DNA from: an uncultured Pseudobdellovibrionaceae bacterium
GTDB taxonomy: Bacteria > Bdellovibrionota > Bdellovibrionia > Bdellovibrionales > JAGQZY01
Direction: 5' to 3'
NCBI GenBank assembly: GCA_964579625.1
Contig: CAZOGU010000001.1
Location: forward strand, 8,572-72,571
Length of the DNA: 64,000 nt
Both the position numbers and the translations under genes were made by a program. Under the pieces are notes generated by a model. It did no database searches, had not been told where the DNA came from, and saw only the letters and a list, made by a program, of their open reading frames with translations. Below, one piece after another: positions 24,338-32,428 of this stretch (its first letter is position 1; every line of letters begins with the position of its first letter).

Positions 24338-24401
24338 CCAAAAGGTACGCCGTTCCTTTTCCTTAAGCGCTGAATCATTTTTGGAACGTCGTACCTTTTG
24401 G
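24338..24401. promoter_or_regulatory. 19-bp inverted repeat CCAAAAGGTACGCCGTTCC / GGAACGTCGTACCTTTTGG with a 26-nt spacer
   Basis: The arms match at 18 of 19 positions. It sits in the divergent GAF / yggS intergenic region. Confidence 0.4.
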
Positions 24402-24427
24402 GGCGGAAAGGGCGTAGTTTGTGGCTT

Positions 24428-25114
24428 ATGCTTCTTGAACAGTTGCGCGAAGTTGAAGGTCGAATTCTTGCTGCTTGTCAGAGGGGCGGACGTTCGCGAA
24501 GTGACGTGCAACTTTTGTTGGCTTCTAAAAAAGTGGCAGCACCCCGGCTTCTGGAGCTTCCTCTTTCCCCGCCCCCTGTACTCGGGGAAAATACGGTGCA
24601 GGAGTTGCTCGCGAAGCAAAAGCAGCTCGAAGGGAAACCTTTTCGTTGGCACTTTATTGGCCATTTACAATCAAACAAAGTGAAAGATCTGATTGGACGC
24701 TGCGATCTGATTCACAGTGTGGATCGCTTCTCTTTAGCCCAAGAGATTTCGAAACGTTCGGCTCAGAAAAATCTGACAACGAACATTTTAGTGGAAATCA
24801 ATACATCGGGAGAAACCAGCAAATCGGGCGCACCTCCCGATCAGGCGCTGACATTAATTAGGCAGATTTCTATGCTGCCAAATATTTTGGTCAAAGGTTT
24901 GATGACCATTGCCGAAAACACAGAAGATGAGGCTTGCGTGCGAAATAACTTCCGTGCTTTAAAAGCCTTATATCTCGCGATTAAAAAAGAAAATCTAGAA
25001 AAAGTACAAATGACGGAACTCTCTATGGGCATGTCTCAAGATTTTGAGTGGGCGATCGAAGAGGGCGCCACCCTTGTGCGCATTGGATCTTTGATTTTTG
25101 GCGAAAGAAGTTAA
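24428..25114 (+). CDS. yggS: YggS-family pyridoxal-phosphate homeostasis protein
   Basis: ...LLLASKK...HFIGHLQSNKVK... and C-terminus ...LVRIGSLIFG. Confidence 0.85.
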   Translation: MLLEQLREVEGRILAACQRGGRSRSDVQLLLASKKVAAPRLLELPLSPPPVLGENTVQELLAKQKQLEGKPFRWHFIGHLQSNKVKDLIGRCDLIHSVDRFSLAQEISKRSAQKNLTTNILVEINTSGETSKSGAPPDQALTLIRQISMLPNILVKGLMTIAENTEDEACVRNNFRALKALYLAIKKENLEKVQMTELSMGMSQDFEWAIEEGATLVRIGSLIFGERS

Positions 25115-26302
25115 ATGCCACGCTCCCTCACAGAAAAAAATATTTTTAAAGTCTATACGTTTCAGTTTTTTTGGATCTTTGCCATTATTCTACCAGTTCT
25201 CTATCCGTATTACGCTTCTCTTGGCGTGAATATGCACCAGTTTTTTCAACTTCAAGCAGTGTTCGGTTTTACAGTGGCGTTTTTCGAAATCCCAACAGGT
25301 TATTTGAGCGATCGCTATGGCCGTAAAATATGTTTAATCATCGGTGGTTTTTTATCTGGCGCCTCTTACGTCATTCTCACTCAGGCAACGGGTTTTTGGG
25401 GCCTTGTGGCTCACGAATTTTTATTGGGACTGGCGCTCAGCTTTGTTTCGGGAACTGACATTGCGATTTTGTTTGAATCAATTCCCCACAAATCACCCAG
25501 GGATATGTCTTCGCGAATTTTGAGCTTTCATCAAATGGCGGCGGCACTAGGGGAATCTTCGGCGGCTTTAGTGTGTAGCTTATTGCTTTTTATTTGGACC
25601 TACTCGCACATTATTTGGATTCAGGCGGCCGTAGCGTGGTTGCCATTTTTAGTGGCTCTTACTCTGCATGAGCCACCCACACACCAAAAACAAATCGTTG
25701 AGTTTAAAAAAATCAAAAAACTTTGGTGGCAAATGCTCCACGACCAACGCCTGATTCAACTCCTTTCCCTCAATTTAGTTTCATGGATGCTGGCGACATT
25801 TATTGCCATTTGGATCATTCAAAAATACTGGCAAGAACAAGGGGTGCCAGTGGCGTGGTTTGGTGTGCTGTGGGCCGCAAGCAATATTACAATCGGAGTG
25901 ACGGGCCTCTATACCCGTCGCCTCGAAAAATCATGGAGCGTTCGTCACGTTCTTCTCGTTGTTACAGTGCTCTGTGTTTCTGCCTATTTTTTAATGCCAC
26001 TTGTTGGGGGCGCTTTGGGTATTTTTTGTGGATTTTTTATTTACATTGCTCGTGGACTCAACAACGTGGTCTCGCGCGATTTGGTCAACCAAACCATGGA
26101 ACCAGCACTGAGAGCCACAGCCAACTCCATACTTAACTTTTTATTTCGTTTTACATTTGCCGTTGTGGGACCTGCCATTGGATTTTCAGTGGATCGCTGG
26201 GGACTCAACTCAACCTTGCTTGCGCTTGGGGTCTGCTTTTTCATTTGCAGTCTCGCAATCACTCGCCCCCTTTGGCGCCTACTCCAGACCAACGAGGTTT
26301 GA
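25115..26302 (+). CDS. MFS transporter
   Basis: About 12 predicted TM segments and the MFS loop motif ...GYLSDRYGRK. Confidence 0.75.
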   Translation: MPRSLTEKNIFKVYTFQFFWIFAIILPVLYPYYASLGVNMHQFFQLQAVFGFTVAFFEIPTGYLSDRYGRKICLIIGGFLSGASYVILTQATGFWGLVAHEFLLGLALSFVSGTDIAILFESIPHKSPRDMSSRILSFHQMAAALGESSAALVCSLLLFIWTYSHIIWIQAAVAWLPFLVALTLHEPPTHQKQIVEFKKIKKLWWQMLHDQRLIQLLSLNLVSWMLATFIAIWIIQKYWQEQGVPVAWFGVLWAASNITIGVTGLYTRRLEKSWSVRHVLLVVTVLCVSAYFLMPLVGGALGIFCGFFIYIARGLNNVVSRDLVNQTMEPALRATANSILNFLFRFTFAVVGPAIGFSVDRWGLNSTLLALGVCFFICSLAITRPLWRLLQTNEV

Positions 26303-26352
26303 CATCTTACTTTATCTACGACAAAGTAAAAATGTTTTTAAATTGAGGTATT

Positions 26353-27423
26353 ATGTTTAAATCGATTTCACTCAAAGAAGCATTGATCACTTGTCTGCTA
26401 TTCGTGGTGATTGTTTTGTTTTTTTATGGACTTGGCTCAGCCTTGTTGCCCCTCACATTTTCGTGGTTCCTCGCTTATGCCACCATCCCTCTGGTTAAAA
26501 AAATGGAAAAACGTGGCTTTGCACGATCCCAGGCGTCTTCTCTTGTTCTGGCAATTGTCTTTATTTTTATTGTTCTCTTAGGCTTGATCATGATTCCGCC
26601 TCTCTGTCGCGATCTACAAGAGGCTGTTCTAGCCGTCCCTAAAAATGTGTCCGTATCGCTTGAGAAACTCGATGCCTTCTTTTCAAACTATGGCGTCAAT
26701 ATTCCCTACGACAGGCAGTCCCTCATCGATTACTCCGTTCACTATTCTGAAAAAATATCAGGCAGTATGATTACATCCTTTGGAGAAGTCTTAAAAAGTT
26801 CTGTCGTTAATGCCGCGTCTGTGATTGTGATTTTACTGAATATCTTTTTAATTCCGATATTTTTTATTTATGTCATCAATGACTACGAAAAACTCATCGA
26901 TACCTTTGAAAGCCTTGTTCCTTTGTCGTGGCGCCCCAAGCTTGATGAATTGCTTCAGGAAGCTAACGTGATCCTGAGTGGATATATCCGCGGGCAACTT
27001 TTGGTCTGTGCCATATTGGCGGCAATGTACAGCTTGGGTTTGCTGATCGTTGGGGTTAATTTTGCAATCATCATTGGAATTATGACCGGCTTTTTAAGCA
27101 TTATTCCTTATGTCGGCTTTAGTTTTGGATTGGCTGCTGCCATTATCACAGCCCTCGCCAGCTTTGAGGGGTTTGGTCCCATTATCGGTATTGGAATCGT
27201 TTATGGTTTGATTCAATTGTTAGAAAGTTTTTGGATCACACCACGCATTGTCGGCAACAAAGTCGGTTTATCTTCGTTTGAAGCCATCCTAGCCCTGATC
27301 GTTCTTGGCAATCTTCTCGGTTTTCTTGGGTTGTTTTTAGCCATACCGGTGGGTGCTTTAACGAAGTTAATTCTTCTTAACCTGCTTTCAGAATATAAGA
27401 AGTCCTCTTTTTATAAAATGTAA
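26353..27423 (+). CDS. AI-2E family transporter (PerM/UPF0118)
   Basis: Polytopic membrane protein with ...GYIRGQLLVCAILA... and ...ITPRIVGNKVGL..., typical of UPF0118. Confidence 0.75.
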   Translation: MFKSISLKEALITCLLFVVIVLFFYGLGSALLPLTFSWFLAYATIPLVKKMEKRGFARSQASSLVLAIVFIFIVLLGLIMIPPLCRDLQEAVLAVPKNVSVSLEKLDAFFSNYGVNIPYDRQSLIDYSVHYSEKISGSMITSFGEVLKSSVVNAASVIVILLNIFLIPIFFIYVINDYEKLIDTFESLVPLSWRPKLDELLQEANVILSGYIRGQLLVCAILAAMYSLGLLIVGVNFAIIIGIMTGFLSIIPYVGFSFGLAAAIITALASFEGFGPIIGIGIVYGLIQLLESFWITPRIVGNKVGLSSFEAILALIVLGNLLGFLGLFLAIPVGALTKLILLNLLSEYKKSSFYKM

Positions 27424-27429
27424 AAGTCA

Positions 27430-27447
27430 GCTGGATTTAAATCCAGC
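27430..27447 (+). terminator. perfect 18-nt palindrome GCTGGATTTAAATCCAGC after the AI-2E gene
   Basis: Seen directly, 7 nt after the stop codon. No clear U-tract follows. Confidence 0.35.
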
Positions 27448-27581
27448 CCTTCTCAATGATCGTTTGTTAAAAAATATTCACATGTTTTTGAACCGCACCC
27501 AACTTGACAACTATTTCGGGAAACTCAAATTTATATGAGAGACACTGATCTCATAATGAGAAAGGAGATAAAGGAGGAAAA

Positions 27582-27662
27582 ATGAAACACAAAGCACACG
27601 TTACTTATACGCTTCAACCTCAGTCGGCCCACCTGACGCGACCCCCAGTCGCTTTTTATTAG
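27582..27662 (+). CDS. candidate 26-aa peptide (MKHKAHVTYTLQPQSAHLTRPPVAFY)
   Basis: Tandem SD-like AAAGGAGATAAAGGAGG lies 5 nt upstream of the ATG. Below the track cut-off. Confidence 0.25.
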   Translation: MKHKAHVTYTLQPQSAHLTRPPVAFY

Positions 27663-27732
27663 TTACAGAAATGGCCAGCGAATAAATAACTCGTAAAAAA
27701 TCAATGAATAAATACACATTAAGGAGGGTACT

Positions 27733-27969
27733 GTGTTTTTTTGGTTTTTTATTGCATCTGTTTTTTCATTAACAATGATATCTGGGTATCTCTACTTTGT
27801 TTTTGTTCTTTTGTATTTTGCTTTGATTTTCTTTTACCTACAGGCACAAGCCAAAATCGAAAGGATAAAAGACAAAATAATTAAATGGGCCCAATTACAG
27901 AGGAATCTATTTCTTTTAGTGAAATGGAGAATTCAAAATAACAAAGGAGGTTTTTATGGACGAAAATAA
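27733..27969 (+). CDS. small two-TM membrane protein (78 aa)
   Basis: AAGGAGGG lies 4 nt before a GTG start. Very hydrophobic Phe-rich N-terminal 40 aa followed by a basic tail. Confidence 0.45.
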   Translation: MFFWFFIASVFSLTMISGYLYFVFVLLYFALIFFYLQAQAKIERIKDKIIKWAQLQRNLFLLVKWRIQNNKGGFYGRK

Positions 27970-28327
27970 ACTGGTTCAATTCACAGGATTTAATCCCAGT
28001 GCGCAGACTCGGGATTATTTGGATGCGGTTTTTAATCAAATTTTGTACATCGCTCCTTATAACTCTGCACTGCGGGTTCTTTTTTCTAAAAAAAAGAGCC
28101 AATACAAAATCACTGTGCAGATTAATTCTTATACAAAGAGATTTTTTGCAATGGCCTCTCACAGTCATTTGAAAAGAGCCACAGACATGGTCGATGACAA
28201 ATTAAGAAAACAAATTGAGCGATGGAAGACAACCCGTTTTGACTCTACTGCGATAAGGGATTTATCGATTTTGAAGGATTTGTTTGCTACAGAAGGGGTG
28301 CATCATGAGCATGACGTGGTGGCATAG
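27956..28327 (+). CDS. divergent HPF/RaiA (S30AE, ribosome hibernation factor)-like protein
   Basis: The pattern VQFTGFNPSAQTRDYLDAVF...YKITVQI...FFAMASHSHLKRATDMVDDKLRKQIERWK fits the beta-alpha-beta-beta-beta-alpha S30AE layout. AAAGGAGG lies upstream. Confidence 0.45.
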   Translation: MDENKLVQFTGFNPSAQTRDYLDAVFNQILYIAPYNSALRVLFSKKKSQYKITVQINSYTKRFFAMASHSHLKRATDMVDDKLRKQIERWKTTRFDSTAIRDLSILKDLFATEGVHHEHDVVA

Positions 28328-28389
28328 TTTCCCATACCTTTTGTTTCTATTGATCTCGCTTCTTGTTTACTACCATATGATGCTTTAAT

Positions 28390-28980
28390 TTAAAGGAAGG
28401 CTGTTCGATTCGCACCGACAAGGTTCGGATGCGTTCGCATTTTTAAACATTGCTCCTCTGTCACTTGATTCGACAGATTTGTAACATAGCCAGCCATTAA
28501 ATTAGGGCCGTAGCTCTCATCAAGGTGCTGTAGATCCCCCAAAAGATGGCCCAGCTCGTGAGCAAGAGGTTCATAAGCCTCAGCTCTTTTTTGTTTGTAT
28601 TCTGTCGAACGACTGTATTTTGAAATAAATAAAAAATGCGAGCCGGGAGCGAGTCCCGCGCTTTGATTCTCTTGAACCGAGCTTACCAAAAACAGAACCG
28701 GTCGCTGAAATTGCTCATAATATTTACGAGCCATTGGAAATGTTTCATAATCCATCGCAATCACAGAAAGTGGACTTACCTCTAAGCCGTTCAAACGAAT
28801 TTCAATTCGACATTGTGATAAAATTTGATTTGTTTTTTGCAACATTTCCGTAATTTCGGATTTATTCCATGGAGTTTGTGACTCGGTCACAACAGCCATA
28901 GATAAAGTTAAAATCGGAAGAGCCCATGCCTGACCCCTCAGCATACAAATGGCAAAAAAGATGATAATTGCTGTTTTCAA
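28390..28980 (-). CDS. secreted zinc metalloprotease-like protein (HExxH)
   Basis: Signal peptide plus AHELGHLLGDLQH. TTG start. Confidence 0.55.
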   Translation of the reverse strand: MKTAIIIFFAICMLRGQAWALPILTLSMAVVTESQTPWNKSEITEMLQKTNQILSQCRIEIRLNGLEVSPLSVIAMDYETFPMARKYYEQFQRPVLFLVSSVQENQSAGLAPGSHFLFISKYSRSTEYKQKRAEAYEPLAHELGHLLGDLQHLDESYGPNLMAGYVTNLSNQVTEEQCLKMRTHPNLVGANRTAFL

Positions 28981-28982
28981 TG

Positions 28983-29170
28983 AGACCCCATTACGAACAG
29001 ACCCCTCTGTTCTCTTAGAAAGAGGTTTATCTCATTGGATTTTCAAAACAACTTCAACGTCAGTTGGTGCCCTTTCTAGGCTCTTTTCTGTAAAAAGACC
29101 CCAAATTGTCACTCTATGCACTGCAATTATTACAGAATATCTTGAAAATTCAGCAGCTTAAGTAGACCCC
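28983..29170 (+). repeat. four direct copies of AGACCCC in a divergent promoter region
   Basis: Copies at 28983-28989, 28999-29005, 29096-29102 and 29164-29170. Two extend to AGACCCCTCT and two to AGACCCCA. Confidence 0.4.
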
Positions 29171-29250
29171 TCTTTTGATTCTGCTTGGTACGGATCTTGA
29201 TAAGGAATTCATGACTGTGGTTTTAAACGCTGACGTTGATGGAGTCCAAA

Positions 29251-29955
29251 ATGAAAGTCTTAACATTCTTGTTTATTCTCATCATTCTCACCAATGGATC
29301 TACCGGTGAGGCACAAGATCTTGTAAAAACAGAAGGTCCCGTTGTCCAAACACAAAGCTGTCCTTCGGCTGAATTGTTTTCTGATGTGACTTATGAAGAT
29401 CTGCGCAGCCAGTTGGATAAAACCCTTCGAGAAAAAAATAAATCGCTGGTGTTTTTAGACTTTCGAGGTTTGCAAGCTCAGATCGATGTTTTATCAAATC
29501 ATTTGATCACCGAGGATCAGCTCACTTCCAAAGAAGCGATCACTATTTTAAAAAAGACCATCACCCATCTCGAACAACTTGATGTTTTAGTGTCTAAAGC
29601 AAAAGATGCAGCAAAATCCATTAAAGAAAATCAAGTAGTTCCGCTTGCCACTCTGACTTCTTTAAAGTCAGAGGCAGACGCTTGTAACCTCGTGTCTTCT
29701 CCTTACACAGATATTTTTAAAACACTGTCAGCGCTGAACAAGGAGCTGAACGAAGTATTGATGCTCTCTCAACAAAAAATCAATGCACAAAAAGATAAAG
29801 TCCAAGCCCTGATGAAAAAGGTAAATTCTACGGACTCAAACACTGTTACAAACCAGGCCATCTCCGAGCATTTTAATTTTATTCAAAAAAACATATTAAG
29901 CGTCACTCGCGTGTTTGAATTTGATCCCAGTGTTCTACAAGTCGCCAGCCATTAA
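29251..29955 (+). CDS. hypothetical secreted helical / coiled-coil-like protein
   Basis: Signal peptide [25 protein letters not shown] lies 6 nt upstream of ATG 29251. Confidence 0.5.
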   Translation: MKVLTFLFILIILTNGSTGEAQDLVKTEGPVVQTQSCPSAELFSDVTYEDLRSQLDKTLREKNKSLVFLDFRGLQAQIDVLSNHLITEDQLTSKEAITILKKTITHLEQLDVLVSKAKDAAKSIKENQVVPLATLTSLKSEADACNLVSSPYTDIFKTLSALNKELNEVLMLSQQKINAQKDKVQALMKKVNSTDSNTVTNQAISEHFNFIQKNILSVTRVFEFDPSVLQVASH

Positions 29956-31631
29956 AGAAGAGAGCTGAGGAGTTTTTTGGTGTATTCGTTTTGGGGGTCT
30001 TGATAGATTTTTTCGGCACTGGCGAGTTCGACAATTTTTCCTTGATTCATGACCGCGACTTCGTCTGAGATAAATTTAACGACTGATAAATCGTGCGAAA
30101 TAAAAATATATGTTAATCCAAATTCGTCTTTTAAATCGAGAAGCAGATTCAGAATCTGTGCTTGCACAGACACATCCAGCGCTGATACGGATTCATCACA
30201 GACAATAAACTCTGGCTTAACTGATAAAGCCCGGGCAATACATACACGTTGTCTTTGCCCGCCCGAAAATTCGTGCGGATACCGATGAAGAACTTTTGCA
30301 TCTAAACCCACTTTACGCATCAACTCTTCGGCACGCGCCCAACGCTCCTCATCGGAATCATAAAAGCCATGAACCTTCATAGGTTCTGTTATGGCGCGAC
30401 CAACGGTCATGCGTGGATTGAGCGACGAGTAGGGATCTTGAAAAACAATCTGAATTTTTTGTCGAAGCTGACGGAGCTTTTCTCCATCCATGGTCAATAG
30501 GTTTTGACCTCGGTAAAGTATTTCTCCGGATGTAGGCTCGATCAAACGTAAAATGGAGCGACCAAGAGTTGTCTTTCCACATCCCGACTCTCCCACAAGT
30601 CCTAAAACACGTCCCGACTGAAGTTGAAAACTCACTTGGTCCACCGCTCGCACCCAATCTGTGGTGCGACGAAGAAAAGAGGATTTTACGGGATAGTGCT
30701 TGCAAAGATCTTTCACGACCAATAGTGGCTCCTCCGTGGAAGGAGCTTTCTGTTTTCTTACACCCAAAGACGCCACATCGAATTTCTTTTCCGCCCCTTT
30801 GTCGTCAATAAAGTCAGCGACGGTTGGTAATCGGCGAGCGGTGGGATTGACCTGTGGTCGGCAATTCAGCAAACCCTTGGTGTAAGGATGTTGTGGCTGC
30901 GAAAATAAGCGCTCCGTGGGACCACGCTCAACACAAACACCTTTGTTCATAATTGTGACTTCATCCGCCATTCGTCTGATTAATGACAAATCGTGCGTGA
31001 TAAACAGCATCGCCATTCCAAGATCCGCTTGGAGTTTTTGTAAAAGATCGAGAATCTGTTTTTGAATTGTGACATCAAGGGCCGTGGTTGGCTCATCTGC
31101 GATCAAAAGTTGCGGCTGACAAGCAATCGCCATGGCGATCATCACGCGCTGCCTTTGACCGCCACTGAGTTCGTGCGGATAGGCTTTCATTTTTAAATCG
31201 GGACGAGGCAGTCCGACCTGCTCCAAAAGACTTTCTGCCTTGATAGCAGCATCTTTGTTCGACATTTTTTTGTGCAGCTGGAGCCCTTCCATCAGCTGAT
31301 ATCCGACGCGAAAGACAGGATTTAAACTTGTCATGGGTTCCTGAAAGATCATCGAAATTTGCTGCCCACGGATCTGACGCATTTGTGCTTCAGGAAGCGC
31401 GAGAAGATTTTTATCGTGAAAAAGGATTTCACCTTTCACCGAAGAATTTTGCTCTTGCAAAAGACGCATGATCGAAAGACTAGTGACACTTTTGCCAGAG
31501 CCCGACTCGCCAACCAATCCCACCACTTTTCCCGCAGGAATATTTAGATCCAGATCGCGAACGGCCGGCAGCCACTGGTCATTGTGACGAAAGGAAATAT
31601 TCAGCTTGCGAAGGGATAACAAATCAGCCAT
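29952..31631 (-). CDS. ABC transporter ATP-binding protein with two fused ATPase domains (peptide/nickel type)
   Basis: Two Walker A motifs ([16 protein letters not shown]), two LSGGQRQR signatures, and oligopeptide-type C-terminal motifs. Confidence 0.85.
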   Translation of the reverse strand: MADLLSLRKLNISFRHNDQWLPAVRDLDLNIPAGKVVGLVGESGSGKSVTSLSIMRLLQEQNSSVKGEILFHDKNLLALPEAQMRQIRGQQISMIFQEPMTSLNPVFRVGYQLMEGLQLHKKMSNKDAAIKAESLLEQVGLPRPDLKMKAYPHELSGGQRQRVMIAMAIACQPQLLIADEPTTALDVTIQKQILDLLQKLQADLGMAMLFITHDLSLIRRMADEVTIMNKGVCVERGPTERLFSQPQHPYTKGLLNCRPQVNPTARRLPTVADFIDDKGAEKKFDVASLGVRKQKAPSTEEPLLVVKDLCKHYPVKSSFLRRTTDWVRAVDQVSFQLQSGRVLGLVGESGCGKTTLGRSILRLIEPTSGEILYRGQNLLTMDGEKLRQLRQKIQIVFQDPYSSLNPRMTVGRAITEPMKVHGFYDSDEERWARAEELMRKVGLDAKVLHRYPHEFSGGQRQRVCIARALSVKPEFIVCDESVSALDVSVQAQILNLLLDLKDEFGLTYIFISHDLSVVKFISDEVAVMNQGKIVELASAEKIYQDPQNEYTKKLLSSLL

Positions 31632-31699
31632 CCCTTGACTGTAGAACCCCTCTTAAAAAGAGTAAATGATTAATTATTGATCTCCGCACAAAGAAAGGC

Positions 31700-31719
31700 A
31701 TCCAAGAGGTTGCTTGGAT
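31700..31719 (-). terminator. hairpin AUCCAAG-CAACCU-CUUGGAU after the O-methyltransferase gene
   Basis: 7-bp stem followed on the minus strand by GCCUUUCUUUGUG. Confidence 0.4.
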
Positions 31720-31724
31720 CGCAA

Positions 31725-32363
31725 TCACTTTCGACGAGCGACGGTGAGGCCCTCGGCTGTGGGTAAAATGCAGGTGTCAAAGTTGGGATTCTGAAAAAGG
31801 CGCTGATTAAACAGGCGCATGGCCTCCCACATTCCTTTTTTTTGAGAATCCTCGGGCGCGGACTGAAAGACCTGACCAAACAGAAACGTATTGTCGCCAA
31901 TAATAAGGCCACCTGGAGAAACATGCGTTTCGGCCCATTTGAGATAATCGGGGTAGGCTTTTTTGTTCGCATCAATAAAAATCAAATCATATTTTTTATC
32001 ATTCAGGGATTGCAGCAAATCGACGGCGTCTCCGAGCATAAATTGCGCTCGGAGATCCGTAACAAAAGATTTTGCCATTTGATGGTGTTCAACATCTTTT
32101 TCCAAACTGAGCAAACGGCCATCGTCTGGAAGGGCCTCCAACATCCACTGGGTGGAATAACCGTACTGTGTGCCGATCTCTAAAATATTTTTAAGTTGAT
32201 AGGTTTTAATCAAGAACTGCAGAATTTGGCCTTCGACAGCGCCAATATTAATTCCCCACTTGTTGTCTTGCCGCAATCGCGCTTCGATTTTAAGGAGGGA
32301 CTCCGAGAGGGGCTTTTGTAAGGACTTTACATATTCTGAAATAGAATCCGTTGAGCTACGCAT
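31725..32363 (-). CDS. class I SAM-dependent O-methyltransferase (family 3, caffeoyl-CoA OMT-like)
   Basis: ...ILEIGTQYGYST...FIDANKKAYPDY... is typical of the family. Confidence 0.75.
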   Translation of the reverse strand: MRSSTDSISEYVKSLQKPLSESLLKIEARLRQDNKWGINIGAVEGQILQFLIKTYQLKNILEIGTQYGYSTQWMLEALPDDGRLLSLEKDVEHHQMAKSFVTDLRAQFMLGDAVDLLQSLNDKKYDLIFIDANKKAYPDYLKWAETHVSPGGLIIGDNTFLFGQVFQSAPEDSQKKGMWEAMRLFNQRLFQNPNFDTCILPTAEGLTVARRK

Positions 32364-32428
32364 CACAGCACAATACCACTCTCAAATACCTCTGTCCACG
32401 GCGGTTTTTTTTCGCTAACCTCTTCGGA

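Noticed and set aside
24204-24683. 159-aa (+) and 118-aa (-) ORFs across the GAF/yggS intergenic region.
   Set aside because: They overlap the better-supported yggS and GAF genes and run through the 19-bp inverted repeat. They are most likely artefacts.
27504-27540. Perfect TTGACA -35 hexamer upstream of the small-ORF islet.
   Set aside because: No acceptable -10 hexamer lies at 16-18 nt spacing. The AAATTT at 17 nt matches only 2 of 6 positions.
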